This document shows, piece after piece, positions 43,579 to 53,888 of a stretch of 64,000 nucleotides of DNA (positions are counted from its first letter, which is position 1; the number at the start of each line of letters is the position of its first letter). A program made the position numbers and the translations under genes. Below the pieces are notes generated by a model. It made no database searches. It was not told the DNA's origin and saw only the letters and a list, made by a program, of their open reading frames with translations. The DNA is from an uncultured Spirochaetota bacterium (GTDB lineage: Bacteria > Spirochaetota > Brevinematia > Brevinematales > JAOACQ01), in assembly GCA_963783575.1 (NCBI GenBank), contig CAWAOD010000014.1, positions 128,001 through 192,000 of the forward strand. Reading direction: 5' to 3'.

Positions 43579-44163
43579 ATGGAAATAGATAAAGCATATG
43601 AGGATTTAGCTTTTATAAAACAGATGATTAATGCAAGCAGGAAGAAATTCGAAAATAACGGTGTGCATTACATTATTATCGGCACCTTGTTTGTCGCAGC
43701 GACAGCGTTGACATATTTATTTATTGACCTTAGGATGTACAATCTAATTACACCTATATGGATAATATTTATTCTCTCATTAGTTGCTTTACATATCTGG
43801 AGAAGGTTGAAGTCAGTTAAATCGCCTACTTCGCCAACGTTCGGAGAAATAATTTATAATAACTTATTAATGTCCATTACTGCAGTAATAATTATTCTAT
43901 ATGTAATTACCATCGTACACAGGCTTGGTTCGTCAATATTCCTGGGCATAATGTCTATTGTTCTAGGACTAGGGTACTATGTATCGGGAGTAATAATGCA
44001 GTCAGGGTGGATGAAGGCACTTTCTTTCGGTTGGGCCGTGGGGGGAATTGTGATTTTCTTTTTACCCGATTATATAACCCTGCTTTTTATGGCCATTATT
44101 ACTATTCTTTTTGAACTCATCCCGGGTATTATCATGTACGCGACATCAAAAAAGGGACAATAA
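43579..44163 (+). CDS. Membrane protein preceding a wHTH regulator
   Basis: EDLAFIKQMI N-terminus plus about six TM helices. Confidence 0.7.
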   Translation: MEIDKAYEDLAFIKQMINASRKKFENNGVHYIIIGTLFVAATALTYLFIDLRMYNLITPIWIIFILSLVALHIWRRLKSVKSPTSPTFGEIIYNNLLMSITAVIIILYVITIVHRLGSSIFLGIMSIVLGLGYYVSGVIMQSGWMKALSFGWAVGGIVIFFLPDYITLLFMAIITILFELIPGIIMYATSKKGQ

Positions 44164-44166
44164 TAT

Positions 44167-44466
44167 ATGCCTGATTATGATTATAAAAAGCTTGATAATG
44201 TACTTCATTCTCGAATCAGGCTTGCTATAGTTTCTGTTATGATAGGAGCCGGTGAGATTGAATTCACAGCTTTGAGGGACGCTGTTGGGGCTACTGACGG
44301 AAACATGAACACTCATTTGAAAAGACTGGAAGAAGAGGACTACATATCCGTCGAGAAAAAGTTTATAAACAGGAAACCAACAACAATTTACCGTCTTACT
44401 AAAAAAGGAATAGGTAACTTTGAGGAATACATAAAAGAACTTGAAAAGTTCATAAAGAAAAATTAG
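44167..44466 (+). CDS. Winged-helix transcriptional regulator (MarR/ArsR-like)
   Basis: HSRIRLAIVS, TDGNMNTHLKRLEE, KPTTIYRLTKKG. Confidence 0.9.
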   Translation: MPDYDYKKLDNVLHSRIRLAIVSVMIGAGEIEFTALRDAVGATDGNMNTHLKRLEEEDYISVEKKFINRKPTTIYRLTKKGIGNFEEYIKELEKFIKKN

Positions 44467-44709
44467 TCATTGATAAATACTTGCGATGAAGTCACTCAAA
44501 AAACTGCCGTAAAACACATGGGCCATATACTAAATCACTATATGCCTCATAATATGGTTATTGCTGATCCAGAGAATACAATTTCTAGCCAATCCAACCA
44601 ATTTAACCAAAGAATTTCAGTATAAAATACGAAAAATATAGAATTACATGAACAAGAATTTTCAGCAATAATCATGTATCTAATTGTTATATATAGAATT
44701 ATATAGTTT

Positions 44710-44795
44710 CGGAGAGAGGGGGATTCGAACCCCCGGTACATTGCTGTACACGCGCCTTCCAAGCGCGCTCCTTTAAACCACTCGGACATCTCTCC
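44710..44795 (-). tRNA. tRNA-Ser(GGA)
   Basis: Reverse complement GGAGAGATGTCCGAGTGGTTTAAAGG-CGCGC TTGGAAG GCGCG-long variable arm-GGTTCGAATCC-CTCTCTCCG; CCA not encoded. Confidence 0.97.
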
Positions 44796-45138
44796 TTAAT
44801 TATGTTGGATGACTCCATTATGGATTCATCCAACATAATACGGCTGCAGTTTTTTATTAGAAAAGTACTGGGGCGTAAAAAACCGCAAGTTTAAATTTTA
44901 ATATAGGAAGTTTTATGCCTAAATAGACATGTATTTTAATGGAAATATGTCAAAATTGCAATTTTCATGGGAAAATAAAGGTTATAAAAAATCAATGATA
45001 AGTTTATATCATTTTATATTCTAAAATAAAAGAATGATTTTGTGTGAGAATTTCTATTACTAAATTATATACTCTGATAAACTTTACAGATTCCTTAATT
45101 ATGTTTAAAATTTTATATGTTATCAAAGGGGAGATTTT

Positions 45139-46068
45139 ATGACAAGTGAAAATTTCATTTTTATTGATCCGGAAGGATATGAAATTTTTACTTATAAATG
45201 GCTTCCTGATAATGTTTTAAATATTAAAGGAGTGGTGCAAATTGCTCATGGAATGGCTGAGCATGCCGGCCGCTATGAAAGATTTGCAAAAATTTTAACA
45301 GAAGCCGGATATTCGGTATATGCTAACGATCATAGGGGAAATGGAAAAACTGCTAAAACACTTGAAAATGTGGGCATCGCAGGTGATAAAGAAGGCTTTC
45401 GGTGGATGATAAAGAATATGTATCAATTAACGGAAATTATTAAGAAAGAAAATAAAGGTCTTCCTGTTTTCATTTTAGGGCACAGTATGGGTTCATTATT
45501 ACTACAGGGTTATCTTTCACTGTATGGAAATGAGATAAACGGGGCTATACTGTCAAGTACAGCAGGAAAAGCGGGACCGGTTATTAATTTGGGAATTTTG
45601 CTGGCAAAAAACGAGATAAAGAAAGCAGGTAGAAATAATAAAAGTCCCAAACTTAGTCGGTTATCTTTCGGGTCTTACAATAAAGCTTTCAAACCTAACA
45701 GGACAAAATTTGACTGGCTCTCACGCGATGAAAAAGAAGTGGATAAGTATATACAGGATCAGTTTTGCGGCGGGACCTTTACATCGGGTTTTTTTTATGA
45801 TTTGACTAGGGGAATTAAGTGGCTTCATCAAAAGACCACAATGGATGGAATTCCAAAAAATCTGCCTATTTACCTGTTTTCCGGCGATAAAGATCCTCTA
45901 GGCCATCAAACTAAAAGTGTTTATCAATTGATCGGGATGTATCGAAAATTGGGGATTAATAATTTATCATTTAAATTTTATAAGAATGGTAGGCACGAAA
46001 GTCTTAATGAAATTAACAGGGATGAAGTAATGGCCGATGTTGTAAACTGGCTGGATCGGCAAAAATAA
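45139..46068 (+). CDS. Lysophospholipase-like alpha/beta hydrolase
   Basis: HGMAEHAGRY, DHRGNG, GHSMGS, GDKDP, RHESLNE. Confidence 0.9.
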   Translation: MTSENFIFIDPEGYEIFTYKWLPDNVLNIKGVVQIAHGMAEHAGRYERFAKILTEAGYSVYANDHRGNGKTAKTLENVGIAGDKEGFRWMIKNMYQLTEIIKKENKGLPVFILGHSMGSLLLQGYLSLYGNEINGAILSSTAGKAGPVINLGILLAKNEIKKAGRNNKSPKLSRLSFGSYNKAFKPNRTKFDWLSRDEKEVDKYIQDQFCGGTFTSGFFYDLTRGIKWLHQKTTMDGIPKNLPIYLFSGDKDPLGHQTKSVYQLIGMYRKLGINNLSFKFYKNGRHESLNEINRDEVMADVVNWLDRQK

Positions 46069-46081
46069 AATCAGTTATTTA

Positions 46082-46990
46082 ATGAGGATTAATGTGCGTT
46101 ATGTAATTATTTCAGGCTTTATATTATTTTTTGTTTCCTGCAGTAAATTTAATATTGAAGAGAAAATTAATACGAATATGAGCAGTAATGGTACTTTTCG
46201 TGAAATCACAATTAATGAAATTAAAACAAAGAAGATATTAATTGATATTATGTATTCCGGAGAACAAGCCGGATTTAAAGACTTTCCGCAGCTTCTCAAT
46301 AATTTTGTACAAAGGTTTTCAATTTATAACGAAATAAAGAGTTCAAATACAGGTATTTTAAAAATTGAATTCAATGGTAATATTTACCGGCTTTTTTATC
46401 AATTAGGACTTTTTTTTCTTTCTGATATGAAAAATGATTTGATTAAATATGGTATAATTCAAATGGAGTGGAATGATTTATTACTAAAAAATAATAATCA
46501 ATTTTTGGGACCAGAAAAATATAATTTGATACGGATCAGCGATTTTTCTGATTTAATGAATAAATATGGGCTTAACAATAATGATTTGCTTGAAGTCTAT
46601 CCTTATACAGTCAAATACTTGCTTAACCAGATTTTGTTTATTTCACCTCAGGAGATTTTGTCACGTCCCGCACGTTATTTGACCGAGAATGAATTGGAAA
46701 ATATATTTTGTCAGGTTGTCATTTTACCGGAAGTAACTGAGTTTACTGCTTATATTAAAAATAAATTCGGTATTAACAGATTATTAATGCTCTCAGAAAG
46801 CGAATTCACAATAAAAAACTGGAAATCAATTTCAGGTGAAGAAATGAGTGATACCGAAGGCGGATTTGCAAAAAATATTGAGAATAAGAATTTTCAAGGA
46901 ATATTTCTTGATAAAGGTTTTACAGGCAGTCTGGACAGGAATCTGGAACTTTATAATAAAATAACCAAACCAACATTATTCAAAAAATGA
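46082..46990 (+). CDS. Hypothetical lipoprotein
   Basis: Lipobox FVSC; 302-aa ORF in operon context. Confidence 0.65.
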   Translation: MRINVRYVIISGFILFFVSCSKFNIEEKINTNMSSNGTFREITINEIKTKKILIDIMYSGEQAGFKDFPQLLNNFVQRFSIYNEIKSSNTGILKIEFNGNIYRLFYQLGLFFLSDMKNDLIKYGIIQMEWNDLLLKNNNQFLGPEKYNLIRISDFSDLMNKYGLNNNDLLEVYPYTVKYLLNQILFISPQEILSRPARYLTENELENIFCQVVILPEVTEFTAYIKNKFGINRLLMLSESEFTIKNWKSISGEEMSDTEGGFAKNIENKNFQGIFLDKGFTGSLDRNLELYNKITKPTLFKK

Positions 46991-47013
46991 AGCAGTATTT
47001 GAGGAGGATATGA

Positions 47014-48024
47014 ATGATTGAAACAAAATCTTTAGGCAGGATAATGATTATTATTTTAATTGTTTGTGCTATTTTAAGCTGTTATATGATTGTTGTAATG
47101 TCGATCAATGCAAAGAATAAAGATAAATCATCACTCGCCGATTTAAAAAACTTTTGGGTTAATAAAGCTGCGGCATATCCGAAAGATACCATTGCCGTTT
47201 TGAATATATTTACTCCGATTATTTATAATGATGACACTGACTATTTTGGTATAAGAAGGAGTGGAGCTATTTACTGGGTAAATATGCTTAAATCAGTAGA
47301 ATCCAATCCCAATATTCATGCTGTAATACTAAGGATTAATTCACCGGGCGGAACTGTTGCTGCAACACAGGAAGTTTATAATGAAATCAAAAGATTAAGG
47401 GAAAAGGGAAAGCTTGTTACGGTATCTATGGGTGATTTGGCAGCTTCAGGGGCTTATTATATATCAAGCAGTGCCGATTATATAGTCGCAAATCCCGGTA
47501 CTCTTACCGGCAGCATAGGTGTGATTATTGAAGGACTTGATCTCAGTGATTTGTTTAAAAAAATTGGGATTACTTATAATGTTATTAAAAGCGGTAAAAA
47601 TAAAGATATTCTGTCAAGCTACAGGAAAATGACACCGGAAGAGTATAATTTATTAAAAGACGTAATAATGGATACTTACGATCAATTTTTTAATGCCGTA
47701 TCGGAAGGCAGAAAGATCAAACCCGACGAATTAAAGACTATAGCCGACGGAAGAATATTCTCGGGTAGACAGGCTTTGAAAGTAAAATTAATCGATGAAT
47801 TGGGAGATTTTGAAGATACGGTAAAAATAACGGCAAAAATGGCCGGTATCATCGGGGAGCCAAATGTAATAGAGCTGAAACCGGATGTTGAAAATATATT
47901 CAAATACTTAACATCAAATTTCGAAGGATTCCTTTCTGCAAAGAATAATCTGAAACTTATCAACAGTCCGTTTGATTCGCTGAAAGATAATAATTCGCCG
48001 GTTCTTTATTTCTATAATTATTAA
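47014..48024 (+). CDS. sppA: Signal peptide peptidase SppA (S49)
   Basis: [37 protein letters not shown]. Confidence 0.93.
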   Translation: MIETKSLGRIMIIILIVCAILSCYMIVVMSINAKNKDKSSLADLKNFWVNKAAAYPKDTIAVLNIFTPIIYNDDTDYFGIRRSGAIYWVNMLKSVESNPNIHAVILRINSPGGTVAATQEVYNEIKRLREKGKLVTVSMGDLAASGAYYISSSADYIVANPGTLTGSIGVIIEGLDLSDLFKKIGITYNVIKSGKNKDILSSYRKMTPEEYNLLKDVIMDTYDQFFNAVSEGRKIKPDELKTIADGRIFSGRQALKVKLIDELGDFEDTVKITAKMAGIIGEPNVIELKPDVENIFKYLTSNFEGFLSAKNNLKLINSPFDSLKDNNSPVLYFYNY

Positions 48025-48035
48025 AGGGGGAAACA

Positions 48036-48745
48036 ATGGATTTTTCTGAATTTATCCTGGTTTCTTCCGGGATTTTCATCAAACCATTTCAGACATTACA
48101 GAAAATATATGAACAGTTTCTAACCGAAACCAGGCTGAAAATTGTTTTAAACTGCTTTTTAGTGTCAATGATCGGCAATATGAGCCTTATAATATCGAAC
48201 ATGATTTCAAGCAAAAGCGGGATTTATTCAAGTGTTCCATTTTTAACTTTTCATATCTTTTTTTCGCTATTGATTTATTATATTTTAAATTTTATATTGA
48301 TATCCTTATACTTTTTGATGACATCAATAATAATTAACAAAAAAAATACAGGGTACAATACAATTGAAAATACTGGAAATGGGTCTGATCTACAAACGAC
48401 AGTTTTGCAGCCGCTCGAAACATGGAGTATTTTTCAACTGATAAATTTTCCTGGGACAAATTAACCGGATTATATCTGTTCTCGGATTATTTATTTTTGA
48501 TTCTATTCCCGATTTCCATACTATCGGGAGTATTTTTACCGGATCTTGATTTCTTGTATTATCTTATAACCCTGGTTGTTATGATAATTGTGATATTGCT
48601 TAAAATAAGGGCTATATCAATAATAGCTTCAATTAGTAAATCAAAAGCCTTCTTTTTATTTGTAATGCCATTTATCTCGATTTTAATTTTTATTATATTT
48701 TTTATTGTTTATTCGGTATTTTTAATTTTCCGTTTTTTGGCATAG
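48036..48745 (+). CDS. Yip1-like membrane protein (split by frameshift near 48420)
   Basis: Two overlapping hydrophobic ORFs; GIFIKP N-terminus; follows sppA. Confidence 0.55.
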
Positions 48746-48763
48746 AGTGTTATAGGGGCTTTT

Positions 48764-50111
48764 GTGTTTAGATCTGCTTTAAGATGGATTAAGTTCTCTT
48801 TTATATCAGAAATTGATATATATATTTATAAAGAAATTATACCAAATTATTTTTTCGGTTTGATATTTTTCACATTCATATTATTACTTAACCAGCTGTT
48901 TTATATAGTTAAATTATACATTGAATATAATGTTCCCATCAACCAGGTATTCATTCTTTTGTTCAACCTGATTCCTTTACTTCTTTCAATGACCATACCA
49001 ATAGGTATTCTTCCTGCATATTTATTATCAATGGGGAGGTTTTCACAGGATAGTGAAATTATTGCTATGAAATCCTGCGGTATTTCAACATTCAGAATTT
49101 TCAGCCCGGGAATAATTTTTGGTTTTCTGATAAGTATTGCCGCATTTTTTTTTACAGATAAAGTTGTTGTGACTGCAAATTTGAATTATCTAAAACTGAA
49201 TGCTAAAATTATGGCTCAGAAACCGGCAGTCGAGTTAAAGGAAAAAGCTTTCATTGAAATCGGCGGATATAAAATAAGTTTCGATAATTTTAAACTGGAA
49301 AATAATAAGGATGTTTTATATAATATCCATATGGTTGATCTTAATGAAAGGAGAGTAATTAATGCTGAAAAAGGGAGATTGTATTCGGATCCAGAAAATT
49401 CTGGACATTATATTTTGAAGTTCATGAACGGTAACATTTCTGAGGTAATGAAATATAAATCGGCAAATAACTCAATTGTCGATAAGTTTTTTATTTCTTC
49501 CTTCCGTTATATATCTATCCACACTTTTGTCAGTGTTCCTCCGGAATATTACAATAAGAACCCGGATACCATGACAATACGGGAGTTAAAGAGCGATTTA
49601 CTTCTGTAAATCGAAAACCTCGGTTGAGAGGATTGATGTTTTTTTAAAAGATAAAGACAGGATGAAAAAAGATATTAATTTATTAAGGGAAGAGATGAAA
49701 AAACAATCTGTTAATATTTCTAAGGAAGAAATTTTCAGAAAAATTACCGAACTTGAAAAAAAGGTCAACTCGATAAAAGCGGAAATCAATAATGTTGATA
49801 AAAGTATTTCCAATTATAGAAAGAACTTGCCGAATTATTATATTATGAAATATTATGAAAAATTTGCCCTGCCGTTTTCCTCCCTGGTTTTTGCCATAAT
49901 GAGTCTTTCTCTGGGAATTTATATGGTAAGGAGCGGAAGGAATGAAGGTCTTGGTATAAGCATTATCATAATGCTTCTTTTTTTCGGTTTGAAATACGGA
50001 ACAGAAAACCTGATAATGAAAGGAACTTTACCACCTTTTTTTGAATGGGTTTATGATCTGATTTTCCTGGCTTCAGGGTTAACCATGCTAATTATTAAAA
50101 TAAGAGATTAA
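48764..50111 (+). CDS. LptF/LptG-family permease, copy 1 (frameshift near 49607)
   Basis: GRFSQDSEIIAMKSCGIS; second frame EKFALPFS; collinear with the 50113 gene. Confidence 0.85.
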
Positions 50112-50112
50112 T

Positions 50113-51459
50113 GTGATAATGAAATTTTTAAAAATGATAAAAATCGATTTTTTCTCAACAATCGATATTTATTTTTATAAAGAATTGATTCCAAACTATT
50201 TGTTCGGGCTGCTATTTTTTACATTTATTAATATGCTTAATGAGTTGTATTATCTTATTAAATTTTATATTGATTATAATGTTCCCATTGATCAGGTTTT
50301 TTTACTTGCGGCTAACCTGGTACCTTTTTTATTGTCCTATACAATACCGATCGGCATTCTGCCTGCTTATCTACTATCAATGGGAAGGCTTTCACTGGAT
50401 AGTGAAATCACCGCAATGAAATCATGCGGTATTTCAACATTGAGGATATTCCGCCCCGGAATTTGTTTCGGTATTATTATTAGCATTTTAGCTATTTTGT
50501 TTACAGATAATGTTGTAGTTCCTTCAAATATCACTTACTTAAAACTCAGGGCAAGGATTATGGCACAAAAACCTGCTGTTGAACTTAAAGAACAGGCGTT
50601 TGTCGAGATGGGCGGTTATAAGATCAGCTTTGAAAAGATAAAGATGGAAAACAATCTGGAAGTGCTATATAATATTCATGTGGTGGATTTAAACGGAAGA
50701 AGGACAATTGAGGCTGAAAAGGGTCGATTATATACAGATCCTGAAAATTCCGGGCATTATATTTTAAAATTTATGAACGGTAGCATATCTGAGGTTATGA
50801 AGAGTAATGCTAAAGAAGGCAAAACGGAAGAAAAATTTTTCATATCATCCTTCAGGTATTTATCCATACATTCCTTCGTTAGTTTACCGAGCGAATATTA
50901 TACAAAAGGCCCGGATACAATGACATTAAAAGAATTAACCGAAGATGTAAGAATAAAATCACTAACTTCGGTAGAAAAAATTGATAGTTATATGAAGGAT
51001 AAAGAGAGATTATTAAGAGATATTAACAGTGTCCGGAATGATCTGAAAATTAATGCAGTTAAACTCAATAAAGAAGAATTATTAAGGATTTCAAGGGATT
51101 TTGAGAATAAAATAAAATCCTATAAGACAGAAATAAACTCCCTGGACAAAAATATTTCAAATTACAGACATAATTTTCCCAATTATGACATTATGAAATA
51201 TTATGAAAAATATGCTCTTCCAATATCATCTTTAATTTTTGCACTGATCAGTTTATCAATAGGAATGTATACGGCAAGAAGCGGAAGGAATGAAGGGTTG
51301 GGAATCAGTATTGTAATCTGGTTATTATATATGGGAATCAAACTTGGTACGGAAAATTTAATATTAAAGGGTGTTGTTCTGCCTGTATTTGAATGGTTTT
51401 CGGATTTCTTTTTTCTTACGATAGCTATTGTATTAATGATTCAAAAAATCAGGGAATAA
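50113..51459 (+). CDS. LptF/LptG-family permease, copy 2
   Basis: GRLSLDSEITAMKSCGIS, EKYALP. Confidence 0.88.
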   Translation: MIMKFLKMIKIDFFSTIDIYFYKELIPNYLFGLLFFTFINMLNELYYLIKFYIDYNVPIDQVFLLAANLVPFLLSYTIPIGILPAYLLSMGRLSLDSEITAMKSCGISTLRIFRPGICFGIIISILAILFTDNVVVPSNITYLKLRARIMAQKPAVELKEQAFVEMGGYKISFEKIKMENNLEVLYNIHVVDLNGRRTIEAEKGRLYTDPENSGHYILKFMNGSISEVMKSNAKEGKTEEKFFISSFRYLSIHSFVSLPSEYYTKGPDTMTLKELTEDVRIKSLTSVEKIDSYMKDKERLLRDINSVRNDLKINAVKLNKEELLRISRDFENKIKSYKTEINSLDKNISNYRHNFPNYDIMKYYEKYALPISSLIFALISLSIGMYTARSGRNEGLGISIVIWLLYMGIKLGTENLILKGVVLPVFEWFSDFFFLTIAIVLMIQKIRE

Positions 51460-51473
51460 AAGGTATTGTTTTT

Positions 51474-52763
51474 ATGAATAATGATGTATTAAACAAAAAA
51501 AGTGTGAAATCAGTATTGTCAGAATTTGCATCTTTTTTAAGAATATTCCGGTGGACATCTCTTGATTCCCATATTTTATATGGGTTTATATCCTCACTCT
51601 TTGGTTCCATGATTTTATTTATTTCAATCTATCAATTGACTCAATTGTTCCAGGACCTGAGATGGCTGCCGCAGGGGACTGATGCAGTCATGCTGATCAA
51701 GTATTATAGTTATAGTTCAATTTACTGGGCGACTATACTCGAACCGTTTTCATTTCTTTTTGCCACAGTTTTTGTTTTAAGCCGTATGGCCCAGCAGAGA
51801 GAATTGGTTGCCATTATCAGCACAGGTACAAGCATTTACAGGGTTAGTTTTTATATTGTTTTATTTACAGTATTAAATTACTTTTTCATGGTTTTTTATT
51901 TTCAAAATACTGTTGTTTATCCGTCTTATCAAAAAAAATTTATTCTTGGTGAAGTGATTTTTCATAGTAAAGATATGAAATCCATTGATAAATTGAAGGA
52001 TAATACTGATTTTTCCATTTTTGGGGCAAATAACCTGATTTATATTGTCGGACATTATGATGCTATAGTTAAAGAAATTCAAAATGTAACCATTATACAA
52101 TTAAATGATAGAGCTAAAATCAGTAATAATAATCAATCAACTTTAACCAATATAAATCAATGGCTTTTAACCAATATGAATGAATTGACTAGGCAGAGAA
52201 GCCTCCTTTATGAAAATACGATAAATCTATTGCTGAGAATTGATGCTGATAAAGCGGTGTGGAATAATAAAGAAGGAAAATGGCTGTTTAATATCGGAAC
52301 GATAAGATATGTTAAGAATTATGGGGAAAGTTTTGTAATCAAATCTTTCACAAATCAATCCTTTGATTTTATTACCGATCCGCCTTATTATTTCGAGAAA
52401 ATCTGGTATGTTATGAGTGCAATGACATATGAAGAGGGAAGGCGTTATATAGAAACGCTTAAGAGATCACATCAGGATTATAAAGGAGATGAAGCTAACT
52501 ACCTTTCCAAGTTCAGCTATCCTCTTGGGTTAATCTTTGTCGTTTTGGCGGGTATCGGCATTGTTGATATGTCAAGAAGAAAGATCTCGTTTATTGTTAA
52601 TTTAATGGTTTGTCTTGCTTTGTTTATTGTTTATTATCTGTTTTATGCCATTGGAATATCATTAGCGGAAAAAGGAAATATTTCCACACAGGCAGGCGCT
52701 TATTCGGGTGGCATTTTTTTTGGGATAATTTCAATTATATTATTCTTAAGGACAAAAACATAA
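51474..52763 (+). CDS. LptG-like permease
   Basis: SRMAQQRELVAIISTGTS, KFSYP; three N-terminal and three C-terminal TM helices. Confidence 0.82.
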   Translation: MNNDVLNKKSVKSVLSEFASFLRIFRWTSLDSHILYGFISSLFGSMILFISIYQLTQLFQDLRWLPQGTDAVMLIKYYSYSSIYWATILEPFSFLFATVFVLSRMAQQRELVAIISTGTSIYRVSFYIVLFTVLNYFFMVFYFQNTVVYPSYQKKFILGEVIFHSKDMKSIDKLKDNTDFSIFGANNLIYIVGHYDAIVKEIQNVTIIQLNDRAKISNNNQSTLTNINQWLLTNMNELTRQRSLLYENTINLLLRIDADKAVWNNKEGKWLFNIGTIRYVKNYGESFVIKSFTNQSFDFITDPPYYFEKIWYVMSAMTYEEGRRYIETLKRSHQDYKGDEANYLSKFSYPLGLIFVVLAGIGIVDMSRRKISFIVNLMVCLALFIVYYLFYAIGISLAEKGNISTQAGAYSGGIFFGIISIILFLRTKT

Positions 52764-52789
52764 AATAATTGTTTTTTCAATATTAGATT

Positions 52790-53866
52790 TTACAAAACAT
52801 CGCCGAAACAAGTATCGATCAATTTCGCTTCCTTAATAAGAGGGTCATCGGCTGGTACAATTTTAATCTTTCCGGCGATTTCTTGAAGCGGGACAGTTGT
52901 GATTTCACTGCCTCTTAAAGCTACCATTCTTGAGAATTTCTTTCTTGCAATCATCTCTGCAGCATACGTACCGAAACGAGTCGCAAGAATTCTGTCGCCC
53001 GGCGACGGAGTACCGCCCCTTTGAAGGTAGCCTAGAATGGTTTCCCTGGTTTCAAGCCCTGTCATTTCTTCAATCTTCTTGGCGATATAATGGCATGGAG
53101 AAATATTTGTTCGGCAGTCATTACTTTTGTTTTTTTCGCCGGCATCCTCGGGAACTTTTATTCCTTCTGCAACAACAACGATCGAGTATGGTTTTCCCTC
53201 TGCGGCTCTTTTTTCAAGATATTTTGCTATTACCTTCTCATTGTATTCTATTTCCGGCATCAGAATAACATCTCCTCCACCGGAGATACCGGAATATAAA
53301 GCCAGCCAACCAGCATGGTGTCCCATAACTTCCATTACCATAATCCTTTTATGTGAATTAGCCGTTGTATGCAGGCGATCGAGAGCTTCGGTAGCAATAT
53401 TTACAGCCGAATCAAATCCGAATGAAACATCTGTGCCCCAGACATCATTGTCGATAGTTTTTGGAATTCCGATGATATTCAATCCGAATTTTGCAAGTTT
53501 ATGGGCAGTTTTTTGCGTACCGTTTCCTCCGATACATACAAGACAATCAAGATTAAGATCCTGGTAATTTTTTTTAATCAATTCCGGTTTGCTTGACGCG
53601 TATTTAGAATCGGTCATATTTTTGAAGGGTTTAACCCTTGAAGTTCCAAGAATTGTTCCCCCGACAGTCAGAATTCCTGACAGCTTACGTTCGTCAAGTT
53701 CTATATATTCTTTATTAATCAATCCCTGGAAACCGGATGAAATGCCGAATACTTTCATTCCGTATTTTAATATCGCCGTTTTTCCGACTCCACGGATTGC
53801 CGCATTCAAACCCGGGCAATCGCCGCCGGATGTCAATATTCCGATTCTCATTACTTTTTTTGTCAT
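52790..53866 (-). CDS. pfkA: 6-phosphofructokinase
   Basis: TSGGDCPGLNA, GGTILGTSR, GGNGT, PKTIDND, EVMG, LGYLQRGG. Confidence 0.93.
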   Translation of the reverse strand: MTKKVMRIGILTSGGDCPGLNAAIRGVGKTAILKYGMKVFGISSGFQGLINKEYIELDERKLSGILTVGGTILGTSRVKPFKNMTDSKYASSKPELIKKNYQDLNLDCLVCIGGNGTQKTAHKLAKFGLNIIGIPKTIDNDVWGTDVSFGFDSAVNIATEALDRLHTTANSHKRIMVMEVMGHHAGWLALYSGISGGGDVILMPEIEYNEKVIAKYLEKRAAEGKPYSIVVVAEGIKVPEDAGEKNKSNDCRTNISPCHYIAKKIEEMTGLETRETILGYLQRGGTPSPGDRILATRFGTYAAEMIARKKFSRMVALRGSEITTVPLQEIAGKIKIVPADDPLIKEAKLIDTCFGDVL

Positions 53867-53888
53867 ATTTTACTCCGGAAAACATAAT

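Noticed and set aside
44547..44789. 80-aa ORF MSEWFKGARLEG..., and the similar ORF at 29580-29822
   Set aside because: They are translations of the tRNA/att and cassette end sequences, not proteins
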